Assembly (NCBI GenBank): GCA_964402565.1
Contig: CAYOCJ010000002.1
Location: forward strand, 316,659 to 380,658
DNA length: 64,000 nt
Direction of reading: 5' to 3'
DNA from: an uncultured Gammaproteobacteria bacterium
GTDB lineage: Bacteria; Patescibacteriota; Patescibacteriia; UBA1558; 2-01-FULL-52-15
Shown: piece after piece, positions 17,671 through 27,947 of the stretch
Layout of the letters: each line of letters starts with the position of its first letter
How positions within the stretch are numbered: the first letter of the stretch is position 1
Position numbers and translations under genes: made by a program
The notes under the pieces: model-generated
Databases searched by the model: none
Seen by the model: the letters and a program-made list of their open reading frames with translations, nothing else
What the model was told of the DNA's origin: nothing

Positions 17671-19473
17671 ATGTTAAAAAGAATATTCGTTATCATAGGC
17701 AAGCATAAAGTCGCAAGTGTCATCATTGTTATTATGTTGGTTGGCGGCGGATATATGGCATACGCGAAGATGCATAGTTCGGTCGCGCCGACTCGGTATG
17801 TATTGGGCACTGTCGAGAAAGGCTCGGTCATCGTTTCAGTGACAGGCACTGGGCAGGTCTCAGCATCGAATCAGATCGATCTGAAGCCGAAAGCCTCGGG
17901 GGATATATCAGATATTCCGGTCAAAAATGGCCAGGAAGTCACCGCAGGAACAGTCATCGCCTATATCAATGCCCGCGATGCGCAGAAAGCGGTCCGCGAT
18001 GCGGAAGTGAGTCTTGCGTCTGCAAAGCTTTCGCTTGCAAAGATCAAACAGCCCGCTGATCAGCTTTCTATTTTACAAGCTCAAAATACATTAGATCGTA
18101 ATCAGGAGTCCAAGCAAAAAGCACAGGACGATATCGCGAAAACATACGAGGATAGTTATACTGATATATCGAATGCTTTTTTAAGTTTCCCTGACGTCAT
18201 GACCAGTTTGCACGATACTATGTATAACTCAACGCAGGGCTTAGGCGTCGGGCAATCGAATCTAGATTTTTATACTGACAGCGTATCCAGCTATAACTCG
18301 CTCGCGTATCAGAATAGGACCGATGCGACTGCGGCATATGAAAAGGCACGAGCTGCATTCGATGCGAATTTTTCTGATTTCAAGGCGACCAGCCGTTTTG
18401 CTGACACCGCTCAGATCGATGCATTGTTGAAAGAAACGTATAGCACCGCTCAGGATATATCAGAAGCGCTCAAGAATATGAGCAACGTTATACAGTTTTA
18501 TAAAGATAAAATGACCGAACAAGGAAAGACACCGACATCGGTGGCAACAACTCATTTAGCAACTCTGACGTCAAATGCAACGACCGTGAATTCCCGCCTC
18601 TCAAGTCTTTTGGGAGATGTGAATACTATCCAGTCCGATCGGACCACTGTATCTGATGCAGACAGGTCTATAGCCGAGAACACCGCTTCGCTGGCAAAAC
18701 TGAAAGCAGGTGCAGACGTCTTAGATATCCAGTCGTCTGAAATCTCTGTTCAGCAGCGTGAAAATGCATTACGTGATGCTGAAGAAAAACTTGCTGACTA
18801 TACACTGAAAGCGCCATTCGACGGCACGATAGCCGCGCTTCCGGTGAAAAAAACTGATACCGTGTCGAGCAGTACCACGATCGCAACCCTTATCACGAAA
18901 CAAAAGATCGCCAGCATTTCGATGAATGAGGTTGATGCCACCAAAATAAAAGTCGGCCAGAAGGCGACGCTCACATTCGACGCAGTGGATGGATTAAGCA
19001 TTACTGGTGAAGTTGCTTCAGTAGACACGCTGGGTACCGTTTCACAGGGCGTCGTGTCTTATTCAGCGAATATTGTTTTTGATACGCAGGATGATCGCAT
19101 CAAACCAGGCATGAGCACCAGCGCAGCTGTCATTATTGATTCGAAACAAGATGTGCTCTTGGTTCCAAATACAGCGATCACGACACAGGGGACCTCGTCC
19201 TATGTTGAGGTCCTAGGGCCTGAAGTGCAGGACATGAGCGCAGCCGGGGTTGTTTCGCAGACCCCACCTTCGCAGAAGCAGATCCAAACCGGCCTCGTCG
19301 ATGATGTGAATACTGAAATTACTTCAGGCTTGCAGGAAGGTGATAAGATCATCGTACGAACTATCACTGCATCCAAGACCACGCAGTCAGCAACGCAGGC
19401 TCCAAGCTTATTCGGTGCAGCAGGCGGCCGAGCAGGAGGCGGAGGAGGCGGAAATTTCCGGGTAGGTCGTTAA
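17671..19473 (+). CDS. MacA-like efflux periplasmic adaptor
   Basis: N-terminal anchor, lipoyl halves, long coiled hairpin, KAPFDG, KPGMS. Confidence 0.88.
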   Translation: MLKRIFVIIGKHKVASVIIVIMLVGGGYMAYAKMHSSVAPTRYVLGTVEKGSVIVSVTGTGQVSASNQIDLKPKASGDISDIPVKNGQEVTAGTVIAYINARDAQKAVRDAEVSLASAKLSLAKIKQPADQLSILQAQNTLDRNQESKQKAQDDIAKTYEDSYTDISNAFLSFPDVMTSLHDTMYNSTQGLGVGQSNLDFYTDSVSSYNSLAYQNRTDATAAYEKARAAFDANFSDFKATSRFADTAQIDALLKETYSTAQDISEALKNMSNVIQFYKDKMTEQGKTPTSVATTHLATLTSNATTVNSRLSSLLGDVNTIQSDRTTVSDADRSIAENTASLAKLKAGADVLDIQSSEISVQQRENALRDAEEKLADYTLKAPFDGTIAALPVKKTDTVSSSTTIATLITKQKIASISMNEVDATKIKVGQKATLTFDAVDGLSITGEVASVDTLGTVSQGVVSYSANIVFDTQDDRIKPGMSTSAAVIIDSKQDVLLVPNTAITTQGTSSYVEVLGPEVQDMSAAGVVSQTPPSQKQIQTGLVDDVNTEITSGLQEGDKIIVRTITASKTTQSATQAPSLFGAAGGRAGGGGGGNFRVGR

Positions 19474-19474
19474 T

Positions 19475-20161
19475 ATGATCGCAGTTACCAATGTTCGAAA
19501 AACGTATCACATGGGAGACACATCGTTCGAAGCTTTGAAGGGTGTTACGTTTACTATTGCCGATGGCGAATTTGTTGCCATCATGGGCCCGTCGGGTTCG
19601 GGAAAATCAACGCTCATGCATATCCTGGGCGCGCTAGACACGCCAACAGACGGAACCTATTTGCTTGACGGAAAGAATGTTTCAACGCTATCTGATGATC
19701 AGCTTGCGGACATCAGAAAGGACAAGATCGGTTTCGTGTTCCAGGCTTTTAATTTGCTGCCGCGGGCAACAGTGATTCGAAATGTCATGCTCCCGCTCAT
19801 GTATGCCGGAGTGCCCCGCGATGAGCGAAGAAAGCGCGCTGAGAAAGCATTGATCGCAGCAGGGCTCGATGAGGGCCATTTCCAGCATTTATCAAACCAA
19901 TTATCAGGCGGGCAGATCCAGCGCGTGGCTATTGCACGAGCTCTGGTGAATAATCCGGCACTGATACTTGCGGATGAGCCGACAGGAAACCTGGATTCCA
20001 AAACAGGCCAGATCGTTCTAGAAACATTTCAGCAGCTGCACCGCGAGCAGAAGAATACCATCGTTCTCATCACGCATGAACCAGATGTCGCAGCATATAG
20101 CGACCGGATCATTATTATCAAAGACGGTTTGATCGTGAGCGATCAGCCGGTCAGGCATTAA
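19475..20161 (+). CDS. ABC transporter ATP-binding protein (MacB/LolD-like)
   Basis: [24 protein letters not shown]. Confidence 0.95.
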   Translation: MIAVTNVRKTYHMGDTSFEALKGVTFTIADGEFVAIMGPSGSGKSTLMHILGALDTPTDGTYLLDGKNVSTLSDDQLADIRKDKIGFVFQAFNLLPRATVIRNVMLPLMYAGVPRDERRKRAEKALIAAGLDEGHFQHLSNQLSGGQIQRVAIARALVNNPALILADEPTGNLDSKTGQIVLETFQQLHREQKNTIVLITHEPDVAAYSDRIIIIKDGLIVSDQPVRH

Positions 20162-20170
20162 CATTTTGGT

Positions 20171-21394
20171 ATGCATGTCATAGATACATTCGAAGAAACG
20201 TATATCTCTTTCTCAGCGAATAAAGTCAGAACGGCTCTGACTATGCTCGGCATTGTCATAGGGATCAGCTCCGTTATTTCTATGATCGCCATAGGCCAGG
20301 GGGCACAAACATCGATCCAGACAAATATACAATCCATCGGTTCAAATCTGATCATAGTCATGCCAGGGGCGCAGCGCGGGCCTGGCTTCCAAGTCAGTGC
20401 CGGGCGCGGATCAGCGCGTTCTTTGACGCAAGAGGACGCAGATGCCATACCTGGGTCTGTCAGCAATGTGCAGGCGGTTGCGCCGGAGCTTTCGGGCAGA
20501 TATCAGATAACGGCAAAAGGAAAGAATACGAATACTTCGGTTGTAGGAACAGTTGCGGCCTATCCGTCTGTCAGAAATGTCCAGATAGATCAAGGCTCGT
20601 TCATTACCGATCAGCATATTCGTTCCCTTGCTAAGGTTGCTGTCCTCGGGCCTTCGGCGCGAGATGATCTCTTTGGTGAGGGGGCGAATGCTATCGGGCA
20701 GGCCATTCGTATCAAAAGCGTCGAATTTAAGGTCATCGGCATTACGAAGCTGAAAGGCGGAGGAGGCTTCGGAAGCCAGGACGACATGATCTTCGTACCA
20801 TTGAGCAGCGCGCAGCGTTTTCTCGCAGGTGATACGTATGTATCGACGATCAGCGTGCAAGCTTCAAATGCTGCCGCGATGGCCGATGTGCAGCAAGGAA
20901 TTTCTGATCTCTTGATGACGCGGCACCATATCAGCGATCCAACCGCAGTTGATTTCAACATTTTAAATCAAGCTGATATTGTGCAGACTGCTTCGAGTAT
21001 CGCTCAGACGTTCACGATCTTGCTTGCTGCGGTAGCCGGCATATCGCTCCTGGTGGGCGGCATCGGGATCATGAATATGATGCTGACGACCGTTACTGAG
21101 CGAACGAAAGAGATCGGCTTGCGTAAGTCTATTGGCGCGAAGCAGCACGACATCAATATTCAATTTCTTATTGAAGCAGTGATGCTGACCTTCATTGGCG
21201 GCTGCATCGGGGTCTTGTTGGGCTGGGCTGTTTCTTTCGGGATAAACTATTTCGGATTCATCCAGACCACCGTTTCTCTGCTCTCAGTTATTTTGGCATT
21301 CGGCGTATCTGCAGCGATCGGGATCATCTTCGGTTATTATCCGGCACGAAGGGCCGGCAGGCTGAATCCGATCGAAGCGTTGCGCTATGAATAA
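20171..21394 (+). CDS. ABC transporter permease (MacB/FtsX-like)
   Basis: LTMLGIVIG, GGIGIMN.ML..V.ERT.EIG.RK, LNPIEALRYE. Confidence 0.95.
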   Translation: MHVIDTFEETYISFSANKVRTALTMLGIVIGISSVISMIAIGQGAQTSIQTNIQSIGSNLIIVMPGAQRGPGFQVSAGRGSARSLTQEDADAIPGSVSNVQAVAPELSGRYQITAKGKNTNTSVVGTVAAYPSVRNVQIDQGSFITDQHIRSLAKVAVLGPSARDDLFGEGANAIGQAIRIKSVEFKVIGITKLKGGGGFGSQDDMIFVPLSSAQRFLAGDTYVSTISVQASNAAAMADVQQGISDLLMTRHHISDPTAVDFNILNQADIVQTASSIAQTFTILLAAVAGISLLVGGIGIMNMMLTTVTERTKEIGLRKSIGAKQHDINIQFLIEAVMLTFIGGCIGVLLGWAVSFGINYFGFIQTTVSLLSVILAFGVSAAIGIIFGYYPARRAGRLNPIEALRYE

Positions 21395-21421
21395 TTTAAT
21401 TACTAACTAACTTATCACAAT

Positions 21422-21880
21422 ATGAAAAAGCAATTACCAATGCTCATCGTCGCTGCAATAGTTATTGCAGGCGCATCATTTTACGGCGGCATGATGTACG
21501 GGAAGTCATCGGCACGACCAGCGAATGGCGGCAACTTCCAGCGAAATGGACAATTCGCAGCTAACGGCAATGGTCAGGGCGGATTCCGTCGAGGTGCAGG
21601 AGGCCCGGGCGGTATGGGAGGCTTTACTGCAGGAGAGATACTTTCTAAAGATGATAAAAGTATCACCGTCAAACTCAGAGATGGCGGATCGAAAATAGTG
21701 TTTTATTCGGATTCGACCATGGTTGGTAAAATGGTAGACGGCACTGCGGCAGACCTCGAAGTCGGTAAAGAGGTCATGATAGCAGGTTCCGCAAACTCAG
21801 ATGGCAGCATCAATGCTCAGTCGATACAGCTTCGGCCATTGCCTCCAATGCCAACGGCAACAACAACTCCTGCAAATTAG
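21422..21880 (+). CDS. Membrane-anchored DUF5666-like protein
   Basis: N-terminal TM, Gly-rich linker, DL.VG..V...G..N.DG...A..IQ. Confidence 0.65.
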   Translation: MKKQLPMLIVAAIVIAGASFYGGMMYGKSSARPANGGNFQRNGQFAANGNGQGGFRRGAGGPGGMGGFTAGEILSKDDKSITVKLRDGGSKIVFYSDSTMVGKMVDGTAADLEVGKEVMIAGSANSDGSINAQSIQLRPLPPMPTATTTPAN

Positions 21881-21898
21881 CAGACAAAAGTAACATAC

Positions 21899-22222
21899 AT
21901 GCTGAAAGGATCTCAATTGTTAGCATTTACACTACTGCCATTTATTCTGGCTGGCTGTACATCGGCATCGTCATCGAACGGGCCGAAGACATTCACTATG
22001 GCTGATGTGGCAAAACATAATTCTGAATCAAGTTGCTACTCAGCTATCAATGGCGAGGTCTATGATCTTACCGACTGGATCGATAAACATCCGGGCGGTC
22101 CGCAGCGCATCTTAAGCATTTGCGGGAAAGATGGTTCATCAGCATTCAATCAGCAGCACGGCAATCAGCCGCGGCCAGCAAATGAGCTTGCCAATTTCAA
22201 GATAGGCAGCCTGTCTCAATAA
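21899..22222 (+). CDS. Cytochrome b5-like heme/steroid-binding lipoprotein
   Basis: LAGC lipobox; H......C....G.VYDLT....HPGG. Confidence 0.9.
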   Translation: MLKGSQLLAFTLLPFILAGCTSASSSNGPKTFTMADVAKHNSESSCYSAINGEVYDLTDWIDKHPGGPQRILSICGKDGSSAFNQQHGNQPRPANELANFKIGSLSQ

Positions 22223-22233
22223 GACTGAAATCG

Positions 22234-23271
22234 TTAGTCAAAAAAGAGGGGATTTTCTGAGTGCAGATAGCGCTCAGTGCGGTTGATGATCTTGCGCATG
22301 ATAGATACGGCATTGACCGGATGTTCGCCTGCAGCAGTTTCATCGGACAAGAGCACCGCATCAGCTCCATCAAACACTGCATTCGCAATGTCTGAAACCT
22401 CTGCACGCGTTGGCTTCGGTGATCTGATCATCGAAGTCAGCATTTGAGTAGCGATGATGACGGGTTTATTGTGCCAATGCGCGTGGCGAACGAGATTTTT
22501 TTGAATGATAGGTATTTCTTCCACGGGGATCTCTATACCCAGGTCGCCGCGAGCGATCATGATACCGTCCGAAGCCTGGATGATCTCATCGATCTTCTTC
22601 AAAGCCTGGCCTCGTTCGATCTTCGCTATGATCTTGGTGCCTTTCGATGCCTTGATGGTGTGCCGCAGCTTCAAGACATCATCTGCAGATTGTACGAACG
22701 AGAGCGCGATGGTATCGACACCCTGTCGCACGGCAAACAATGCATCCTTGATATCCTTTTTCGTTAATCCGCTTCTCCGGAGCTCAGTATCAGGCACATT
22801 AATAGCTTTATGCGAGAATAGCACGCCTCCGCGTAGCACACGTGCAGTAATGATCGTATGCTTCACTGACGTTACCACGAGCTCGAGGTCGCCATTTGCT
22901 AAATGCAATGGTTCGCCTTTTTTTATATCGATATGCAAAAATGGATCATCAATAGGAATGCAGTTCTTATTTGATCGCTTGATACGATTTTCATCACAAA
23001 AAGTATAGGTACTGCCTTCGTGCAGCAAAATACCGTCAGCGGGAAGCGAGCCGACGCGGATCCGGGGACCCTGCAGGTCTTGCATGATGCGAATAGGTTC
23101 GCCATGTGGCGTGCGCATGCGCTTCAATCGCTTGGCGCGAGCTTTATATTCAGCATAGGTGCAATGAGAAAAATTCATGCGGGCAATATCCATACCCGCA
23201 GCGACCAGCTCTTTCAAAATTGCTGGTTTTTCTGATTGTGGCCCAATAGTTGCTATGATCTTGGTTCGCAT
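22234..23271 (-). CDS. pyk: Pyruvate kinase, short form lacking C-terminal domain
   Basis: TKIIATIGP, RMNFSH, DLQGP, IAKIE, ARGDLG, ATQML, PTRAEVSD. Confidence 0.95.
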   Translation of the reverse strand: MRTKIIATIGPQSEKPAILKELVAAGMDIARMNFSHCTYAEYKARAKRLKRMRTPHGEPIRIMQDLQGPRIRVGSLPADGILLHEGSTYTFCDENRIKRSNKNCIPIDDPFLHIDIKKGEPLHLANGDLELVVTSVKHTIITARVLRGGVLFSHKAINVPDTELRRSGLTKKDIKDALFAVRQGVDTIALSFVQSADDVLKLRHTIKASKGTKIIAKIERGQALKKIDEIIQASDGIMIARGDLGIEIPVEEIPIIQKNLVRHAHWHNKPVIIATQMLTSMIRSPKPTRAEVSDIANAVFDGADAVLLSDETAAGEHPVNAVSIMRKIINRTERYLHSENPLFFD

Positions 23272-23365
23272 AACAGCAAATAGTATACGCCTCTTGATGG
23301 AAAAAACAAGAGAAAAAAGAGAAAGCACCCCGGTGAAGGAGTGCTTTCGCGTCATGTTGAGGGTA

Positions 23366-24157
23366 TTACTGCTTTTTCGGAAGCGGAAGGTCGATATGGG
23401 CGAAGTACACCATCGACCACCGATTCGGCAATGCGCCGGTGACACCGTCATGCTCGTCGGTAATGACATGTTCGAGGGCTGCAAGCCTGCCCCTGGTCAG
23501 TCGCGACGCCTTGTCGCTCGGGAAGATCAGCGAGTGATCCGGTTGCGCACGATACAGTTCGCGTGACGCTCCAAAGCGAAGGCCTGGGTGGCTTTCGTCC
23601 ACGTGAATGGTCATGAATGCACGATCGGTATGGGCTTTTCCGATCACACCCCCGACGGCACGAGGCTTGTCATAGTAGAGCAGCCTCAGAACATGCAGCT
23701 CTTCAGCTGCAGGCTGTGAAAGCCGTTCGCGCATAGAGAACCCCGGCAAGATGCTGTCGAGTGCTGCTGCGAATAGCTTCATGGTGCTGTCGCAGTCCCG
23801 GAAGAGCAGCCCGCATTTGGCTAGGAAGCGCTCGTGACTGCGCAGGTCAACGCCACGATTGTGGAGCGCGGCTTGCAGAGCTGGCCGATAGTGGAAGAAG
23901 GCCTTGTAGTCGTGCGTGCCTCCATCACGCCGCACATAGCCATCGTCCGGCTCGCCGTCATCGCCGGGCCGCTGAAAGTTGAAGGTCCACTGCAGCTTGT
24001 ATTCTTCAGGTTCGGCGAGAAACGCCAGAAAAAGCGGGATAGTTGCTGCTACCTCCGAACGTACGGGAAGGTGGATATGCGCTTTGCCGCTTCGTAAAAG
24101 CTCCTCGGCAGCTTTGTGATACCGGACACTGCTCAATCTTCGTTTCGTCATTGTCAT
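23366..24157 (-). CDS. 2-oxoglutarate/Fe(II) oxygenase (IPNS-like)
   Basis: LRLLYY, HTD...H...RWS; AGGAGG SD. Confidence 0.8.
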   Translation of the reverse strand: MTMTKRRLSSVRYHKAAEELLRSGKAHIHLPVRSEVAATIPLFLAFLAEPEEYKLQWTFNFQRPGDDGEPDDGYVRRDGGTHDYKAFFHYRPALQAALHNRGVDLRSHERFLAKCGLLFRDCDSTMKLFAAALDSILPGFSMRERLSQPAAEELHVLRLLYYDKPRAVGGVIGKAHTDRAFMTIHVDESHPGLRFGASRELYRAQPDHSLIFPSDKASRLTRGRLAALEHVITDEHDGVTGALPNRWSMVYFAHIDLPLPKKQ

Positions 24158-24257
24158 GCGATCCCTCCTGTGATCCTCAAAACAAAACGTTTTTTCAATT
24201 AAAAAAGATCGTATCTTCTTCACCCTATAGAAAAAGATTTAAAGGCGCAAGGGAAAA

Positions 24258-25064
24258 CTATTGCAGGTTTTTTTTGAGAAAAGCTACGGTTTTTGCCCAT
24301 GCATCCTTGGTCTCATTCGGCGCATAGTTTTGTCCCGAGGGGTTTGCAAATGCATGACCTAATCCTGGATAGATTGCTACTTCATGGTCGATACCGTCTT
24401 TCGTTAAACTGGCATCAAAGGCATGAATAGTATCGACGGGGATAGCCTGATCTTTATCGCCAAAAATTCCAAGCACGGGCCAATTGATAGCCTGTAATTT
24501 GTCAGCATCAGTGACTAGCGGCGTGCCGTAGTAGAGGATGGTGCCATCAAGTTGTTCACCGGAGAGCGCTAATGCGAGTGATTGTCCGCCTCCAAAGCAC
24601 CAGCCCATCGAGGCTATGCGATTTGCACCTTTCTCCCGCATGAAGTTCACCGCAGCAAGCATGTTTTTTTTCTTTTCATCTGCGTTGACGCTTTGCACTT
24701 GTTTCATTGCCTGATCGGGAGTCGTCGCGACAACGCCATTGTAAAGATCAACCGCCAATACCTGATATCCTTCTGCTGCAAGTTGTCGTGCCATGGTTTT
24801 TATATTGTCATTGAGCCCCCACCATTCGTGTATCATGACCACTCCGGGATACTTTCCTTCTGCTTGCGGATGAGCATAGTAACCATGTACTGAATTATAG
24901 TATGTCACATCTTCAGTGGTGACCGGCATCGAAGGCTGCGTATCGAGCATGGCTGAATTCGTATTTGTTGAAGTCATAGTAGTATTAGTTGGTTGCATTC
25001 GAATAAACGCGAATGCCGTTGCCACAATAATGGCTGCAATTAGAACAATATATATTTTTTTCAT
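24258..25064 (-). CDS. Dienelactone hydrolase family protein
   Basis: HEWWGL, GWCFGG, GHAFAN; N-terminal anchor. Confidence 0.92.
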   Translation of the reverse strand: MKKIYIVLIAAIIVATAFAFIRMQPTNTTMTSTNTNSAMLDTQPSMPVTTEDVTYYNSVHGYYAHPQAEGKYPGVVMIHEWWGLNDNIKTMARQLAAEGYQVLAVDLYNGVVATTPDQAMKQVQSVNADEKKKNMLAAVNFMREKGANRIASMGWCFGGGQSLALALSGEQLDGTILYYGTPLVTDADKLQAINWPVLGIFGDKDQAIPVDTIHAFDASLTKDGIDHEVAIYPGLGHAFANPSGQNYAPNETKDAWAKTVAFLKKNLQ

Positions 25065-25075
25065 GATCGTGTTTA

Positions 25076-25360
25076 TTAAAGCAGCATGCCAAGCAAGTCT
25101 TCAATGATCTGCTTATCAGCACTCTCCATTGTGCCTGCCGAAAGAAATTGATTATCGAGGCTGCTCAAAAGTTTAATCATTTGGATCGGATTTGGATTGC
25201 CGTGGAGCGTATAGACGCTCTGAGCAAGCTCGACTGCAGACATTGCCTGCTCTTCAATTGATGGCTCCTTATGATGAGCATGTTTTTTTGTCTCAGCATG
25301 CTCAGTTTCATGAGCCGCAGGCTGTTCGTCCAGTATGGTGTCAATAAAAATATCCAGCAT
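25076..25360 (-). CDS. Hypothetical protein
   Basis: Fills the gap between co-oriented genes. Confidence 0.5.
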   Translation of the reverse strand: MLDIFIDTILDEQPAAHETEHAETKKHAHHKEPSIEEQAMSAVELAQSVYTLHGNPNPIQMIKLLSSLDNQFLSAGTMESADKQIIEDLLGMLL

Positions 25361-25366
25361 AGGGAA

Positions 25367-25789
25367 TTATTTAATGAATACGGTGGCAAGAATTCCTAAG
25401 GTGACAAGCACGGCGCCCGAGACATTGCCGACGGTTGGTTTTTCTCCGAGAAACATAAAAGCAAGGATAACAGTTAATGCAATACTGAGCTTGTCGATCG
25501 GCGCAACTCGTGAAGCCTCGCCCAGCTGGAGCGCTTTATAATAGAACATCCATGAAAGCCCGGTTGCGAATGCAGAAAGAATAATGAAGGTATATGAGTA
25601 GCGGGATATTTTGAATACTTCTGATGCATTGCCTTGCGCCCAGACTATCATCCAGGCGAAAACAACGATGATCAAAGTTCGTATTGCAACTGCCAAATTG
25701 CTATCAACACCTTTGATGCCGATCTTGCCAAAAATGGCAACTAATGAAGCAAAAAACGCTGAGAGTATAGCGTAAAAGACCATTTGCAT
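25367..25789 (-). CDS. EamA family transporter
   Basis: SW..YYKALQ.G.AS.VAPIDKLS. Confidence 0.9.
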   Translation of the reverse strand: MQMVFYAILSAFFASLVAIFGKIGIKGVDSNLAVAIRTLIIVVFAWMIVWAQGNASEVFKISRYSYTFIILSAFATGLSWMFYYKALQLGEASRVAPIDKLSIALTVILAFMFLGEKPTVGNVSGAVLVTLGILATVFIK

Positions 25790-25962
25790 TTTTTTAGTAT
25801 AGCAAAGACTGAGTTTGAAATCTATTCGATCGATATCTATTCAAAGCGCAGTACATTCAAAAAAATGGGCTTTTTTAACCCATTGACGATTTTATCTATT
25901 GTTAGCCAAAATTTTTTTATGCTTTTTTGCTAAAGTTAGCTTTATTTTTTTAGTTGTTAACC

Positions 25963-26043
25963 TTGACAAAATTGATGATTTAGTCTATGATATATAGTTT
26001 GCAGAGTGTGCCATATCGGTACATTTGCGCAAGCACTTTGACA
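25963..26043 (+). promoter_or_regulatory. Sigma70 promoter plus boxA-like element
   Basis: TTGACA-17-TATGAT; AGCACTTTGACA 26032-26043. Confidence 0.7.
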
Positions 26044-26128
26044 ATTCGATAAGGAGAAATAACAGAAAAAACAAAAAAATCTGAAGTTTGAACGAAACTG
26101 TTTTCCTACATCGGAAGGAGATACTGAT

Positions 26129-26446
26129 GTGTCAAACGTAGAGAGTGTTTTCGATCTCGTAGTAGCGCTTGTCATAGACTTCGACGTCGGCCATAATGGG
26201 CCGTTCGCGATCTGCCGAGTAGTCAACATCGAAGATTTTCCCAATGCACTACCGGTCGATACTTCGGTCACGTTTCATCTTCGCTATTGGAAGAATGATG
26301 CGCCATTGACTGGAGGATCGCACGTTTTGCTGGGCAACTTGTCCAGCAAGCGTAAGGGATGGCGAGCTTTCGATGCTCGCATGTTCCGGCCTTCGAGTCC
26401 TCAACAAGCAACCAGCAACGAGCAGCAAATCAAAAGGGAGAACTGA
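26129..26446 (+). CDS. Small cold-shock-like OB-fold protein (paralog of 36977)
   Basis: AAGGAG SD; G..G.FA, S.T..L...W, GWRA..AR..RP. Confidence 0.7.
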   Translation: MSNVESVFDLVVALVIDFDVGHNGPFAICRVVNIEDFPNALPVDTSVTFHLRYWKNDAPLTGGSHVLLGNLSSKRKGWRAFDARMFRPSSPQQATSNEQQIKREN

Positions 26447-26447
26447 C

Positions 26448-27872
26448 ATGCCGACCAGTCAGCCGCAAGGCGGTAGCACGATCGACATCCTCGACCAGTT
26501 GGAGCGCGACACCAGTTCCTCGCTCTCGAAGATCCAGCAGCGCACCGAAGGACCGACCATGGACCAGAAGCTCGAAGAGCTCCAGGCCGAGATGGATCGG
26601 GCTGTTCAGATCAAGGACGACAAGGAGCGCGACATCCGGGTGCGCGTGTTGACCACGACGCTCGAGAAGTTGCGTGAAGACGCGGCGCAGGAGGAGCAGG
26701 ATCTGGCCCAGGCCGTTCTCGGCCTGAATGCCAAGATCGAATCCCTCGGCGACGAGTACAAGGTGCTGAACGTTCAGGCTCCGGAAGAGCTGGCTGTCAT
26801 CACCCGCGCGCAGGCTCGGCTCACCGAAGCGAAGAATGCCGTTCCGAATCGCGAGATCGAACTGGCGAATATCGCCGAGATGTGGTTCGAGTTCCGGCGC
26901 CGCAAGGCCCGGGCCAAGCTCGAGGAGCAGATCAAGCTGGCGGAGGCGCAAGTCCAGAACGCGGAGCAGGGCTTGGTGGAGGCTCAGGCCGAATCCAAGC
27001 GTATGCAGCGTCAGCGCCTGATGAAGGCGAAGATGGATGCGTCCATCCAGGAGTTCACGGTCCGCGTCGCGAAGACCATCGAGATCATGCAGCGGCGCGT
27101 GGAAGTCGTGAAGGGCGAGATCGCCTCGGTGAAGGCGCGGAAGGCTCAGAGCTTCGACATCAAGGAGCGGGCCGCCAAAGCCGTCGAGGACCTCGACGCG
27201 AAGCTGAACCAGGCGGAAGCCCAGCTGAAGGACGAGGAAGAAAAACTCACGAGTCTCGCCAACGGGACCGAAGAGTACGCGAAGCAGACCGAGATCATCT
27301 CGAACAAGCGAGCCGAGGTCGAAGAGCTTCGCGGGCGGCGCAATACCGCGCACGTGCTCTTCCAGAGCAAGGAGCGGTTCGCCATCGAACTCGAGACGCA
27401 CGAGCGGACGCAGATGAAGCTCCGCGACAACCTGACCATGTGGATCACCTTGCTCCGTAGCGATACGGAAGCGCGCGTGACCACGTTCAAGTCCCGCCTC
27501 GAGGCCATGAAGGCCATGTCCGACCAGGACGTTGCCAAGGACCTCGACAAGCTGGGCGTCGCCATGGACCGGAACAACGCCGAATACATGGCTCAGGCCG
27601 GTGCCGTTTCCGATCGACTCCGTGTCGACCGGATGGAACAACATCCGCAGATCGTCAAGAAGCTCATGGAGATCGCGGCCGCCCAGGCTCAGGCGCATCA
27701 GGTCATTCGCGAGCGCGAAGCCGAAGTGCTCAGGGTTTTCCGCGAGAAGTACGGCATCGACCCGATGTCGACTTCCTTCTTCACCTACGCGCACCACAAC
27801 GACGGCGTGACGAGCGGTGCCCCTTCGGGCAGCGCCGGCGAGCCGTCCAGTGCGGACGTGCTCGGTCAGTAA
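26448..27872 (+). CDS. Long coiled-coil protein (474 aa)
   Basis: GGGAG SD; heptad-rich throughout; coupled to the upstream stop. Confidence 0.85.
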   Translation: MPTSQPQGGSTIDILDQLERDTSSSLSKIQQRTEGPTMDQKLEELQAEMDRAVQIKDDKERDIRVRVLTTTLEKLREDAAQEEQDLAQAVLGLNAKIESLGDEYKVLNVQAPEELAVITRAQARLTEAKNAVPNREIELANIAEMWFEFRRRKARAKLEEQIKLAEAQVQNAEQGLVEAQAESKRMQRQRLMKAKMDASIQEFTVRVAKTIEIMQRRVEVVKGEIASVKARKAQSFDIKERAAKAVEDLDAKLNQAEAQLKDEEEKLTSLANGTEEYAKQTEIISNKRAEVEELRGRRNTAHVLFQSKERFAIELETHERTQMKLRDNLTMWITLLRSDTEARVTTFKSRLEAMKAMSDQDVAKDLDKLGVAMDRNNAEYMAQAGAVSDRLRVDRMEQHPQIVKKLMEIAAAQAQAHQVIREREAEVLRVFREKYGIDPMSTSFFTYAHHNDGVTSGAPSGSAGEPSSADVLGQ

Positions 27873-27947
27873 GTAGTCTGACCCAATGGCGGCGACCCTG
27901 AGAGAAATCGAAGGGTCGCCGCATACGACTCTTCTAAGGAGAGATCC

